Source of the DNA: Yuukianura sp. NJ FZ-2021
Taxonomy: Eukaryota
Direction of reading: 5' to 3'
DNA length: 64,000 bases
Assembly (NCBI GenBank): GCA_046563655.1
Contig: CM102286.1
Coordinates: 10,354,001-10,418,000, forward strand
Under the pieces are notes generated by a model. That model did not search any database, was not told where the DNA came from, and worked only from the letters and a program-made list of their open reading frames with translations. Below, in pieces: positions 50,356 to 64,000 of the stretch; position 1 is the stretch's first letter; the number at the start of each line of letters is the position of its first letter. The position numbers and the translations under genes were made by a program.

Positions 50356-53300
50356 ATGAAGGGTAAATTATTGTGCCATTTTGAATTCCGCCACACTGAA
50401 CCATATTTATAACATTAGTTTGGTATTACTTTAATGTTTCTTCATTTAAACTCTTTTCAGGTGTTGGAGCCGAGTGTTGGGTGACTTTGTCGGGAAGCGA
50501 TGAAGAAGCTTGGGCAGCATTGGTCCTTGCCAGATCAATTCGAAATTCGATGACAACCAGAACATTGACAATTGCCATTTCTGAAGATGTTTCGAGTGAA
50601 ATGAAGTAAGATATTGGTTTTAGTCACATAAAACACTTTTTACAACACATGTAACACAAATATATTGTTCAGAAACAAACTGAATTGACTAAAATAACAG
50701 CAAATTTGAAACTACAAAATTTTACAAAAATTTATTTTATGAACATCGTATTTCAGAACACTATTACACCGAGAATTTGATGCTGTGATGCGGTATGAGT
50801 CCAATGAGGTAGGCAACAAGAAGCATAGGATGCTTTGGCTCTGGAACTTACGAACGTGGACGAAATGTGTTTATGTTGACCCCAAATCCTACGTAAGAAG
50901 TTGTTAATTGTTGATTTGGTATTTAAATATTCCATGTTTTTTGAAAAAGTTCAATCAAATTGAAACCATAATCATCAGAGATCGGATAAGTACGTAAAAA
51001 CTTTTTTTTAGCACTTTTAGCACTTTGCGGACTTTTCAAAACTTAACAAAGTTTTAAAAACTTTTTCGACAATAAAAACTTTTTACGACTTTTTCACTTA
51101 AATATGTCAAATTATGCCAATTTTTTCATCAAAAATGGCAAAAGTTGTCAAAAATTAGACAAATTTGATCTGATTTGAAAAAAATCACCGAAAAACACAA
51201 GTCCAGCTTCAGAAAAAATTTTAGACAAGGAATATCAGGTAACCGTCGCCATCGTTTTGCCATTCAAAACCTTGAAGGTTTTGAATTTTGAGCTTGTCAC
51301 ATGAATTAGGGGGCAATAAATTAGTGATATTTCTTATTTTTTGGGACTTTCGTGTACATGTTTTTAGAACTTTCTTGGAACTTTTTTTGACTAATTTTTA
51401 AGAACTTTTTAAGCGCTTAAAACGTTTTTTTTTGGAGCGTACTTATCCGATCTTGGAAAATCATATCGACTCTTCTAATGTAAGCGTCGGTTTGCTGCTC
51501 GCAGATGCAAACAAATTCTGATGAGCTGTTTTTATATCCTTCATTCTCATCGACAGTGGAAGATACTACTGACGGTTGTAGTAAATTTTCATCGCGCATC
51601 GCAGTTTTTAAGCCGAATCTTCAGGAATTTGATCAACTTGTTGAACTAAGCAGGCAGCTGCAGGGTACGTTAATCAAATGAACATAAACGTCAAATTTTA
51701 TTTTTAAAAAGTTTCATTTCAGGAACCATAACGGACATTTTCGACGCAAAGTTTTCCTCAGAAGTGTTGAATCCAAAACACCAACTGCCGCCGACAGCTA
51801 TAGTGAATCTTTGTGAACGCGATGGCGGGCACTCGTAGCACTTTTATTACCAAAAATTTAAAAAGTTCTTACTTTCACAATGCATTAAAACTTTCAAACA
51901 TTTCAGGACCACGACAATGAACTGTAACATTGTCACTTGGAATCGGATTGATTTTGACAATATATCTATTAATGAAACGCCGGATCAAGCTTCGGATTCC
52001 ACAATAGATAGCAGCAATTCTGTTCTTGCACATTCACCTTACACAACGTGCGCCTGTGAAGAAGTTCGGAAAAGCTGGTTGACAACATTTGAAACGGAAG
52101 TAATACCACAAATTCTCCAACTGAACGTAAGGTTGCTTGCAAATACAATTTTTGTCTTTAAAAAATGACAAAACTTTTTTTTTCAAATAACTATTCTTTC
52201 CAGCAAGTTTACCACGTCTTTTTTCCTTGCTTTATTTAGGATGACAATACGAAAAGATATCTATTGCAATCTATCAGAAATAACTTCCCAAAAACCTCAG
52301 CCAGATCTATCCCTACAGCATCGTTTTATACATCAAAACATCAGGAAATTTTGACCGGGGCGATTGCTGTGGTAGGCATGAGTTGTAGATTTCCTGGCGC
52401 GAACGATCCCGAAGAGTTTTGGGATTTGCTAGTAAGTGGAAGAAATCCCATTGGTCCGTACCCAGCTAACAGACCACGCCCTCTGAAGGACGAGGAGGGA
52501 AACTTTGAGGCGGGCTTTTTGAATTGCCCGGTAGATGAGTTCGACGCTAATTTTTTTGGAATCAGTCCTCGCGAGGCTCCGTTCATGGATCCTCAGCAAC
52601 GAATTCTTCTGGAAGTAGTTTGGGAGAGCCTGGAAAATGCTGCCGTTAACCCACAACACTTGCGCGGCACTAACTCAGGCGTGTTCGTAGGAATTTGGCG
52701 TCAAGATTATAGCACTTTGTTTCCAAGACATGGGCTGGATTCAGTTGACTACAATCAAGTTTACATGGGAAATGCATTCAGTGCAACAGCTTCTCGAATT
52801 TCGCATTTTCTTGGACTTTATGGGTCAAATATGTCTGTCGAGTAAGACTATTGTCAAGCATTTTACTTAAATTGAATGTCAAACTAAAACAAAATTATGT
52901 TTAGGAGTGGTTGCTCAAGTAGCGCAAGTGCTCTGCATCTTGCATGTCAAAGCCTGCGTAACGGCGAAACAAAATTAGCAATTGTTGCGGGCGTGAATTT
53001 AATATTTGATCGTTTAAGTCCCCTCGGTGGAGGAAGACTACAAGATGCATCTGTGTTTGCAAAGGATTTCAAATGCAAGACTTTCGATGAAAGGTATTAA
53101 GTCGCAATTGTTTAAATTTTTGATTCGCTGGTCATGTTATTGTATGTTCACTTTTCAGTGCTGACGGTTATGTTCGAGCAGAAGGTTGTGCAGCAGTTAT
53201 ACTACGACGGTTGGAAGACTCAGTTCGCGAAAATGACAACATCGCCGGAGTTATACGTGGAACTGCATTAAATAACAACGGCGCGGAACAAACATTTGGG

Positions 53301-56300
53301 AGTCCAAATTCAACAGCACTTGAAAGAGTATTTCGAGAAGCACTGGAAGATGCTGGAGTTAATCCTGTCAGTGTTAGCTTAGTTGAAATTCATGGGACAG
53401 GAACAAAAGTTGGTGGTAAGCATTATTACTGCGTACATTCAAATTTTACGCAAAGGCTATATTAAATTTGGCACTATAATTGCTACTTGTTGTTGACTTT
53501 AAGATCCAGTAGAAATGACTGCAGTGGAACATGTTTATTCTGAAGGAAGATCAACTGCTGACCCACTTCTGGTGACTTCTGTAAAAACAAATATAGGGCA
53601 CTCCGAAGCCTGTGCTGGTTTGGCGGCATTAATCAAAGTCCTACTCTGCTTCAAACACAACCGAGTCCCACCGAATCTTCATTTTCAAAGATTGAACCCC
53701 AACATAAATATTCACAAAATTCCGGCGATCATTCCTGTGGAAGCCACTGAATGGAAAAATGAAAATCGATTTGCTGCGGTTTGTTCATATGGCATGAGTG
53801 GAACCAACGTCCATATAATCCTTCAAGAGCCACCGACAAAGAAGAAACTGATGAAAATTGTCGAACAAAAGCCTGCAGCGATTGAGAAACAAATGATTTG
53901 TATTTCTGCAAAAACAAAGGAGGCATTAGAAAATATGTGTCAGAAACACATATCACGTTTCGAACAAAATCCGAAACTAGCTTTGAGCGACATCGCATTT
54001 ACTCTGAACACTGGAAGAACAAACTTTCCTCATCGGATTGTGGTTGTTGCCAAAGACATGGAACAACTCATCACAAAGCTGAAACAGAAGAATTATGTCA
54101 TAGGAAAAACTTCACTCCAAGAACAGAAAGTGATATTTCTATTCACAGGTCAAGGGTCACAGTACTTTGGAATGGCCAAAACCCTGTACGAAACCAACTT
54201 AGTCTTTCGCAGAGCCCTTCTGCGATGTGGAACACTTTTCCAAAAGTACTTGGCATGCTCACTGAAGGAAGTGCTGTGGGGAAATGCTGCTTTATTGGAC
54301 AAAACAATGTACTGCCAGCCTGCAATTTTCGTAGTCCAATTTTCTCTGGTTCAGCTTTGGCATTCATTTGGAATTTATCCTGACACTGTCTTAGGCCATA
54401 GTGTTGGTGAATTCTGCGCAGCTGTTTGCGCAGGAGTATTAACGCTGGAAGATGGAATGAAGCTGGTGGCCAGCAGAAGTAAGCTCGCAGATTCTCTTGA
54501 AGAAGGAAAGATGTTGGCCGTAAAAACTTCGCTTGAAAATGTTCGGAGTTTGATTGAAGAATTTATCCAATCTATTCCCAATGCTTTCATTGATATTGCC
54601 GCCGATAATTCTGCCGAAGAAGTCGTAGTTTCGGGTACAGTCACAAACATAAAGGAATTTGCAATCTATTGTGAACGGCGAGGACTTAAAGTTCAATTTA
54701 TTGCCGCATCTCATGCATTCCACTCCCGTCTAATGGATAAGGTTTTGACAGAATACGAATTGATAACAGCGAGCGTGAAACCACAAAAACCGAAGTGTCG
54801 TTACATTTCTGGCACACTAGCGCGGGAGTTGAAGGGAGATGATTTTAATTCCAGTTATTGGTTGCATCACTTTCGAGATACTGTCAGGTTTCGTGACGCC
54901 GTTAAAGTTTTCGAAAATATCTTCGCCAACGACAAAAGAGTTTTTGTAGAAATTGGAACCCAACCAACTTTGTTGAGCCTGACTATGGCAAATCAGCCCA
55001 ATCCTACGGACGACGTGTTTTGCCCTTCACTACGCCGAAATGAAGACGACATGTCTTCCATTTTAAATTCTTTATCAAAGATGTATGTGACTGGAGTTGA
55101 AATTTCGTGGAAAAATTGGTTCCTTCAAGCAAACAAATTGAATCTCCCGACGTATCCATTTCAGCGTCGCAAGTTTTGGTTTGAACGGACAAACGTTGAT
55201 GCTGAAATCGAACATTCATTTTTGCTACATCCAATTCTTGGACGTCGGCTACCGACAGCAGGAGTAGAAGCTGTGTTTAGTCAAACCTTGACTAACAAGA
55301 CTATGCCATACATCACAGATCACCGTGTTGCAGAAAGCGTAATTTTTCCTGCAGCAGCATACTTGGAAACCATAATGGCCGCTGGGTGGCATGTTATACA
55401 AAGCGGAAAAGGCGAACTCCAGTTTTCTGTAGAAAATTTCAGAGTCGAAGTTCCACTGGAACTGAACAAGTCCTGCCGCACACAAACAATCGTTCGACCA
55501 ATGGGAGATAATGATATCAAATACGAAATTTCAATTCACACGCAATCTGGAGATGATCCACAAAATTGGAAGCGACATGCAAATGCGACGCTTTCTCCGA
55601 ATCGTGCGGCTTCTTGTGTCACTGGCGTTGACATAAATGCGATGCAACAAGAGATGGAGCTGGTAGACTCGATGACCAAGGTTTATTATGAATTAGCTAA
55701 GGTCGGGTATCAATTTGGGCCTAAGTTCAGGTCAATTTCTCGAGCTTGGATTACAAAAGATAAACTTCTGGCGGAAATTGAAATGCCGGAGAAATCTGAC
55801 AATTACATTTGTCACCCAATTATTCTGGATGCGATGATCCAAACAATCATCGTCAAACAAGTAGCTATACATGAAGAAAACGCTATTCTGAAACTTCAAT
55901 TACCAATCGGAATCAAACAGTTCACTTGGAATTCAAAAAATTTTTCCCCAAAGGTTTTCGCATACTTGGAAAATTTTCAAGAGTCGAGTACAGTAACCTT
56001 GATAAATGATGTTGGAAGAAACATGGCGGTAATGGAAGGGGTGGAATTCATTGAGACGTCGTTGTCAAGAATCCTGCATATGTTAAATCCACAAGCGGAT
56101 TCCCCGCCGACATTTTTGCAAGAAGTATGGCGAGCAAGGGATGGAATCACGCGGAACCGAATTGACACTCAAATATTTCAACTTAACTCGTTTAATTTTG
56201 TAAATTCTACCTTGCAATCTATTGCCGAAATGGAAGACAACTTGACGAGTAGTGTCGAGATGATTGACAAATTATTTGTCCTGTTTCTTCTAAAAGGAAT

Positions 56301-59300
56301 TTCAGAATCTGCATGGCCCTGGCCAAATGTAGGAGAAAATATTATTAGCAGCGATTGGGCGAAATTGGCACCAGGACTTGAAATTGTAAAATCGGGAAAA
56401 CTTATGGACATCCTTGCACAGTTTTCCTATTTGAGAAAAAATAGAGACGCAACTTATCAAGTTTTGCAAATACTCCCGAATTTGGAAGAAATAGAAAAGC
56501 AAGTTTTGAATGGATTGGAGCAATACAAAAAATTATCAAACAGCAAAGAAAGTGTGATATTGGAATTTGCAAAACGGTGTGGTCTTCACCTTCCAAATCT
56601 GTTGCAACTAAAAATGACGCCAGTTTCATACATGTTCCCAGAAGATCCGAAGGAAGTTGGTGCTTTAAGCCTGCATTCAGAAGGTGAGAACTCGTTTACG
56701 AATTGCATGCATTATATTGTACCAGATTCCTATTGTATTTCTTAATCTTCAGGGGAAAAATCTCTTACCATTTTTTTCCAAAATCTAAAATTTTAGGAGA
56801 AGGACTCAAGGAAATTGTTTCGCTGGCGACGTCTTTGCTTCTGGATTGCACATGCAATTCAACAGAGCGAAGCGGAATCTTGAGGGTTCTGGAAGTTGGC
56901 GCTGGTTCGGGGATCAGTTGCAGTGTGATTCTGGAAGCATTGGGAAAGCTCAAAGTTCCTTTCAAATACAGTTTCACTGATATTTCACCACACTTCCTAA
57001 ACAAGGCGAAGAAGAAATTCAAAGACGGAGTTGCATTTGCTTTGTTCAACATCGAAGACGATCCTCTTAGTCAAGGGTTTGCTCCAGAAGAATTCGATGT
57101 CATCATTGGGATCAACGTTGTTCATGCAACTGCGGATATTTTGCAAACACTCAAAAACCTAAACATGGTGCTTCGAGATGGCGGAATTCTCGTGCTCGGT
57201 GAGATGTTTGTGGATCTCACTTACATAAACTTGTCGTTTGGATTTTTGGACGGATGGTGGAGGTCAACGGACGGGAGAGATGGTTCACCACTTCTCACTC
57301 AAGAACAATGGAAGAGCGCCTTTGCACAAAGTGGACTTGTTCAAACAAAGATTTTTTCATTTTTGAACCAAAATTTTGGAGCTATAGCTGGACAAAAAAG
57401 GCGTGAAAAATATCGGATCAATTCTGCGCTAACGGCGCAAACAGACCTGGGATGTTGGCTAATTGTTACAGACGGAACCGAATTAGTGTCAAAATTGTCA
57501 GTAATGTTTGGCAGCGTTGGGCGTAGTGTGACACAATACGATTCATCCCAAAGTATTCCACATGAACTGGAGGGAGTGGTGTTCTTCTGGACGCAGATTC
57601 GCAAGGAAAATGAAAACCAAGAAAGATGCAAACTGCTGCTGAGTTTGGTCCAGAAACTCGATTCTGCATATCAGACTAGCATGGTGAAACCCAAACTAAT
57701 TGTGGTTACACGAGGAGTCAATTATTTGTTCGATGCTAGTCCGGGAAATCCGGATGCTGCTACGGTGACTTCCTTTATTCGATCTTTTGCAAACGAACAC
57801 AAAGACTTTAAAATCACAGCCATTGACCTTGACCAGGATGAGGTCAACTTTGAAAGGAGGCAGAGGAAACATTTGCCATGCTGTGGTCACAAGAGAACGA
57901 AATGTTTAGAGCAGTTCGAGAGGATCACGTTCTTGTGCAGAGATTGGCATTTGCAGACACAGCGAAAGACAAACTCTCATTTCCAAAGTCGAGTCGATTT
58001 CATGTAATTAAACCTGTCACTAACAATTTGAATGACTTGGAAATTTCCGCCTCTCCAAAAGTGACACCAGTTGAGGATGAAGTTGAAATAGCAGTGAGAG
58101 CAACGGGACTAAACTTCAGAGATGTCTTTCTTATTCTTCAACCAGAGGGATTTGTAGATCCAATAACTTACAACCCACAGCCAGGTTTAGAAGTTGCGGG
58201 AATAGTTTCGGCTACAGGACCATCTTGTACAAAATTCAAAATCGGCGACCCCGTTTTTGGAGCTGTACTGGGAAATGGACTGGCTTCACACGTCACAATT
58301 TCTTCTCAATATTTGATTCGAAAACCAGACAATATGACATTTACATCTGCTGCAACTATTCCGGTTGCATTTCTCACATCTCTCTATGGACTCCTAGAAC
58401 TGGCAAAATTGAGGGCAAAAGAGCGAGTTCTCATTCACGTTGCCACTGGAGGAGTTGGGCTCGCAGCGATTCAAATTGTTAAGCGTATTGGCGCTGAAAT
58501 ATTTGCAACAGCAGGCAGCAAACGGAAGCGAGCATACCTTAGATCCATTGGAATCCAACATGTCTATCACTCCAGAACCACGGACTTTGGTGATGAAATT
58601 TTGAACGACACCAAGGGCGCAGGAGTTGACGTTGTGCTGAACTCACTCACTGGGCCCGGTTTTAAAGAAGCGTCTCTTAAAGCTTGTGCTCAAAATGCTC
58701 GATTCATAGAAATTGGAAAAGTGAATATTTGGAGCAAAGAAGAAGTACAAGCGTTACGTTCTGACGTGAAATATTTTATTCTCATTCTACCTTTGGGAGT
58801 TAAAAAAGAACAGCAAACAATATCACAAATTATGGCTACAATCGAAACAGAATTGGGAAACGGGTCATACACAGCACTTCCCAGTGAATCGTTTTCGCTG
58901 GATCGAGTTGGTGAAGCATTTTCATTTTTTCAAGGAGCAAAACACATCGGTAAGCTTGTTGTTACGATTCCGGAAACGAAGATTTCTCCAGATAATGAAA
59001 TTATCTTTGAGCAACGGATTTTCCATCCGCAAAGTACATACCTCATTACGGGAGGGTTGGGTGGAATCGGCTTGGAACTTGCTAAGTGGATGAGTAGATT
59101 AGGAGCCACCAACCTTGTTCTCGTTGGACGCAGTAAACCGTCGAAATATGCAAACGAAGTGCTGTCGGTCCTGAACAAAGAAGGATGCCGAACAGTAGCA
59201 CTTCAAGCAAATGTCGGGATTTATGAAGATGTTGTATCTCTACTTAAACACATAAAAACTTCGAATTTTCCACCACTTCGGGGAATTATGCATGCAGCAG

Positions 59301-61458
59301 GAGTACTTTCCGATGGAGCAGTGGCCAATCAATGTTGGAGAAATTTCGAAAAAGTGTTTCAACCAAAAGTTAATGGAACTTGGAACTTGCACAATTTGAC
59401 CCTCGGTTACGACTTGGAATTCTTCGTCATGTTTTCCAGTGTAGCGTCAAATTTTGGAACGCAGGGGCAAAGCAACCATTCAGCCGCAAATCGATTTTTG
59501 GACTCATTTGCACACTACCGTCACTCTTTAGGTCTTCCTGCTTCTAGCATTAATTTTGGCGCATGGGCTGAGGTAGAACTTCTTAACTTAATATTTCATG
59601 TTAGTCAAATGGAAAAATATTGAAATATTTTAGAAATTTTTTCATCTCAAATTTTTCTTAGGTTGGACTAGCAGTGGAGGGCGACTTTCTTCGGAGTGAA
59701 TTGCTTGGTATTCGCAGTTTTTGTCCAGAGCAAGGTTTGGCAGCTCTTCAAAAGGCGATTGAAGAACACAGAGTTCAATGTGGCATTTTGACTGTATCCG
59801 ATTGGGCCACAGTCAAAAGTGCTTTCAAACTGGGAAACTACTTGGACGAAATTAAGTCTGGCAACCCAGTTTCAAAAAGCACAAGTAGTGGGGAAATATT
59901 GATCCAAACGGAAATTGCAGAAGCTATCGATACAATAGAAAGACGGAAGAAGATTGAAGAATTTGTTCATACAGTTTTAAAAGAGACGATTCGTGTTGAC
60001 GCTGACGAAGAGTTGGACCCAGATAAACATTTTGCGGAGTTTGGAGTGGACTCTCTTATGACAATTGAACTGCGCAATCGTCTTCAAACTATTCTTCCAA
60101 AGACCCAATTACTTCTCAGCTCGATTCAAGCAAATCGTACAATTCGAAAACTTGCGAGTCACTTGGAAAATCTAATGACTTCTCACGTTTCCGTGTCGCC
60201 ACTGGAAGACATTGTTAGGCATGATTCGGATTTACCGGAAGAAATTCAACCCACTGAAGTTTCACCTTCTAAACCAAGCGAATTCAAAGAAATTCTGGTA
60301 ACAGGAGCCACAGGTCACTTGGGTGTCAACTTCATTCCAGCCCTACAAAAAGAAAATCCAAACTTGATCATCCATTGCATTGTGCGTGGAAAAAATTCAG
60401 CGGAAGCCAATGGCCGATTAATCGAAACGCTGCGCTTCTATTCTTTGCTTCCTGAAATCAATTTCGAAAAAATCAGAGTTCTTGTGGGCAATTTGTCGAG
60501 AACAAATTTTGATCTTCCCGAGAAAGTTTATGACGATTTGACACGGCGTGTCGACGCAGTAGTGCACTGCGCAGCTAAAGCCAATCATGTAGAAGAGTAC
60601 GATGGACTTGGAGAAGATAGTGTACGCACGGTAAATGTGTTTGGTACCATTAACGTGTTGCGTTTCGCCACAACCGGTAAAACCAAAGCTATTTTGCATG
60701 CATCTTCGATGATTACAATAACAACTGCTAACGCAGAAGGAATTTGTATGGAAGATTTCCCGGACAAAAACGACAATGGAATGTTTTTAAAAAATGGGTA
60801 TGCGCTAAGTAAGTTTGTTTGTGAAAAATTAATGTCACAAGCCTTGGCTCGCGGCATACCAGTAACCGCCATACGCTATGTCAGTATTTTTGGAGACAGC
60901 AAGACTGGATACATGCGCAATAACAACGATCATGGTTTGGCCATCTTGGCTTCATGTATTCGTGTTGGCATGTTTCCTCCGTTGTGGAATGGAGGCTATC
61001 CAATCATGCCCGTTGACGCAGCAGTAAATATTTCCGCCAAAATATTCTTGCGAGATTCATCTGAGACTGGAGTTTACAATTTGACGAGTTCCTCCGCCAT
61101 ATCGCAAGATGAGGTCAAGGAAGTTTTTGCTAAATTTGGAATACATGGTGAGTTTGTCCCATTTGCTAAATGGGTTGAAACTGTCTTCGCAGAAACTGAT
61201 TCCCGGAAGAACGATCTTTCTCCATTTCTGGAACTGTACCGTCATGATAACAGTCAAAAAAGCTCTGTAGTGAATATTCATCCCCTTGGAACTGAATTCG
61301 CTACGCTGCAACTGAATCGTATAGGCGATAAGGTTCTAATCAACTGTCCGGAAGCTGCATCTGAAATAATGCCCACAAACCAATTTTTGGAACAAATTCT
61401 GCATTATTACTTTAATAATCGGAAAGATGGAGCTGAGAGTTACGAAAATGTGGTTTAA
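50356..61458 (+). CDS. Glycogenin-like(GT8)-KS-AT-DH-cMT-ER-KR-ACP-R polyketide synthase, copy 2 (12 exons; first six 50356-50362, 50461-50605, 50757-50892, 51505-51664, 51723-51834, 51907-52126; KS exon from 52240). One 1-bp frameshift at ~57856
   Basis: Same exon structure and motifs as copy 1 with an uninterrupted KS. The only lesion seen is GAAAGGAGG versus GAAAGGGAGG in copy 1, so this copy is either a recent pseudogene or an intact gene with an assembly error. Confidence 0.88.
50976..51456. mobile_element. hAT-type MITE in intron 3 of PKS copy 2
   Basis: TIR CAGAGATCGGATAAGTACG / CGTACTTATCCGATCTTGG; TSD ATAATCAT / AAAATCAT; absent in copy 1 (~22980). Confidence 0.75.
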
Positions 61459-62194
61459 GAAAAGTAGATAATGCAGTTTTTGGTGTCACTTCCCGTTACG
61501 TTCCTATGTTTTCATTCTATCTCCGAAAAATTCAGTAGAAGTTTCTGGCGTAGTTTTACTCCTAGAGGTTAGCAAACTCAAATTTTATCGCCAACTTGGA
61601 TTTCACTCTGGATGAAACTTTTTTCTTCTCCGATGATTCCAACAACTCACCTCTCGGTTTCATGTTAAATAGTGCTTGAATGAATTCGCTAGGGAAAGCA
61701 ATTGCCGCACCTTTCTATCGGATGTCGTATATTACATATTAGTGATACCCAATACAACTCAACTTTTGTTCAATATGTTGTTGCCGTTTTCTCTCACAAA
61801 TTGCCACAATAAAGAAAACGATTTAGAAATCGGTTTTCTGGAATTTTTGGAATTAGCATGTCTATAAACTGTATTTAAGTGTTGTGAATATGATAAGCCT
61901 AAACTTCTACTCCATTTAACTCTACTTTATGCCAATCCTTTCTACAATTAGCATGTTAATTGCACCATTTACTTTTTCCGCTTCAAAATTTTCATAACCG
62001 ACGAAAAATTAATTCAAATAGTATCTATCATAATTTGCTGTAGTGCCGAATCATAAAAAGTCACACTCTGTATTTTAATTTTAAATGTAATTTTAAACTA
62101 ACAAAGGGAATGAACACAATAAAATAAATAAATGGTGATCACGATCGGTCAGCACAGAGGATGCGCTTTTCTGAGTGATCTCCACTCGAAACAA

Positions 62195-62672
62195 TTACAA
62201 TTGGTCAACAATAAGAGCTGCAAAAATGACGCCATAAACCATTGAGATGTTTTTTGTAAAATGTTTATTAAATGTTTTAGTTAGCACTGTTACAATAAAT
62301 TAAGCAACATGACTCCAGAATATTCTCAATTTAAGCAGTTTCGTCATGAAATTTCTTTTGCACAAGTTCAATGGCTGTTTTAGAAAAAACAAACGTTAAG
62401 AAAATTAAATTCAGTTCAAAATCGAAAGCAAATTGTGTCAAACCGTGAAATTCTTATATGTACTTACCTGCTGTAACAAGGGAACCAATCACACCAATTC
62501 CATTTTTAGAAGTAAAAGTTCGTTTTCCCGGTTTTTGGAGAACGGCATCGGCAGCTCTCGAAAAAATCCAAACTAGAGATGTAGCAACAAGTCCAAGAAT
62601 TGCAACGCCAACAGGAACACCAATCAACTTCCCCAAATTCGATTCGAACCCTGCTTCACGTCCAGACGACAT
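62195..62672 (-). CDS. Putative 75-aa small membrane protein; exons 62468-62672 and 62195-62217
   Basis: Acceptor TTTTCTTTTGTTGCAG|A-ATG, donor CAG|GTAAGT, second acceptor TTTTTGCAG. Product MSSGREAGFESNLGKLIGVPVGVAILGLVATSLVWIFSRAADAVLQKPGKRTFTSKNGIGVIGSLVTAALIVDQL. Candidate 5'UTR donor at 62755. Confidence 0.5.
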
Positions 62673-64000
62673 TCTGCAACAAAAGAAAATTAGCGACCAC
62701 CTTTAGCCGTGAGCCGAAATATACTACAAAGTCGTATTTGACGTTTACAACTGACCTAAATTTGTTTGAAAATAAGTTGGTTAAATGCCGTACGTCCAAA
62801 ACCAAACACTTTCATAAATGGTGACTTCGTTAACATAATTTGTTAAAATTGACCATTCAACGCCTTGTTGTAAAATTATTTCTCTAGAGAAGGAATTTAG
62901 GATCTGAAGATTACCATGAATCTGTAAACGTTTGCTTTTTGCACGATAGAATTTAAAACTTTAAAGAAATTCGACACCTTCACGGAAAAAGGCTCATGAA
63001 TAATAAGGTGGAGAACTTGTAATTATTTGAACGAAAGGCTTAATGTAGTTTGTGGTTTAGTGTGTAAATGTTTTAACCATGTTTTTGTCTTTTGCCGCTT
63101 TGATTCATATTAAATCCATTCCTAGCTTCGTAATCTAGTGACAGGGAGTGCAAAATTTAGGATAGCATTGAAAGCATTAGAACCATGATAGATACAGCCT
63201 TACTAGATGTTGATATAAATTACCGATGTGAACCAAAATATTGCTCAACTAGACAATTTGCATGAATCTCCTATTCAAAAACGTTTCACAAAAAATTAAG
63301 CCAAGAAAAAACTAATTCCGCATAAAACATAATGAAACTTTGAAGACATTCACTTCATTCCAGCTGAACTTTGTAGTGATAAACTCCAGCACTTCGAAAT
63401 AGATTTTCAGTGTTCTCCAACAGTTTAGAATTTTTGCTATTAAAGGACTTGAGGTACCAAATCTGCCGGCAGCGTTACCGTACTACATAACATGGGTACG
63501 GTTTGTGCTTTTTTCAATCCCTGAGTAACCGGACAGTTTATGATTTTGGAGCAAAATTTTTATGGTTTAACCCTATTTAGTGAAAACTTAAAATCTCCTT
63601 GAAAGTGTTCTCAATTCGAAAACTACCACCAACAAAACAATTGTTTTCACTAGTTGTGACCCATTGTTACACTTAAGTGAGGCACACCTTTACTTATTGT
63701 CGTCATTTAGCAAGGCACTGCTGGATGTGTAGGAAGAGTTATAGCGTGTGACACGCTCTCTTGAAATTGTTGACACAGAATCCCTAAGACCTCTTGCTCC
63801 CACATTTTTCCAATTTTCTACGCCATTCAAATTAATTCGAGGACAATGCCAACAAAAGAAAATCATGCTCCTCTTACATCTAATCCCAGAAGTAAATCCA
63901 TTTTCCGTTGTGTAAAGTCAATTAGTGTTTTAATAGTATTAGTGCAGCGGGCAGAAAAAGTGTATTGGCAAGGAATGAAGTAAAAGATTTCGTGACAAAA

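Larger units (their letters stand above)
20470..62968 (+). repeat. Direct tandem segmental duplication: unit A ~20470-49030, unit B ~49030-62968
   Basis: 20470-21350 matches 49030-50355; PKS exons and introns are colinear; 43740-44120 matches 61440-61885; 44625-44772 matches 62130-62270; 48510-49030 matches 62445-62968. Confidence 0.92.

Noticed and set aside
36045..61311. Antisense ORFs of 60-115 aa shared by both PKS copies
   Set aside because: Shadow frames of recently duplicated coding sequence with no independent support.
23717..61458. PKS ORFs as a bacterial multi-gene operon or contaminant
   Set aside because: ORF breaks coincide with phase-compatible GT-AG introns conserved in both copies, and the region shares a MITE family with the GRAMD1 intron.
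62970..64000. Possible further gene at the window end
   Set aside because: No ORF of 60 aa or more and no recognisable exon or motif.

Overview
This is intron-rich eukaryotic DNA, most likely from an arthropod (inferred from short GT-AG introns and an arthropod-type secreted protein gene). The left third holds a 2.5-kb foldback element, EMC3 (+), a GRAMD1/Aster sterol transporter (-), an orphan Ser/Arg-rich gene (+) and a DM4/DM12-like secreted protein gene (-). The right two-thirds is a direct tandem duplication (about 20470-49030 and 49030-62968). Each unit carries a 12-exon gene of about 3,190 aa encoding a type I, single-module reducing polyketide synthase, KS-AT-DH-cMT-ER-KR-ACP-R (terminal thioester reductase). 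Six short 5' exons, only partly visible in the ORF track, add an in-frame N-terminal glycogenin-like (GT8) domain of 260 aa that has lost its DxD motif. The KR carries His in place of the catalytic Tyr in both copies. Copy 1 is interrupted in the KS by a very young 10.8-kb Ty3/Gypsy element (483-bp LTRs with no visible mismatch, TSD TCAT) that has a non-env third ORF and small hydrophobic ORFs upstream of gag. Copy 2 has a 1-bp frameshift in a G run. The duplicated unit also contains a small convergent membrane-protein gene candidate, and the region carries a truncated LINE, a pogo remnant and several MITEs. All alignments were done by eye; no database searches were run.
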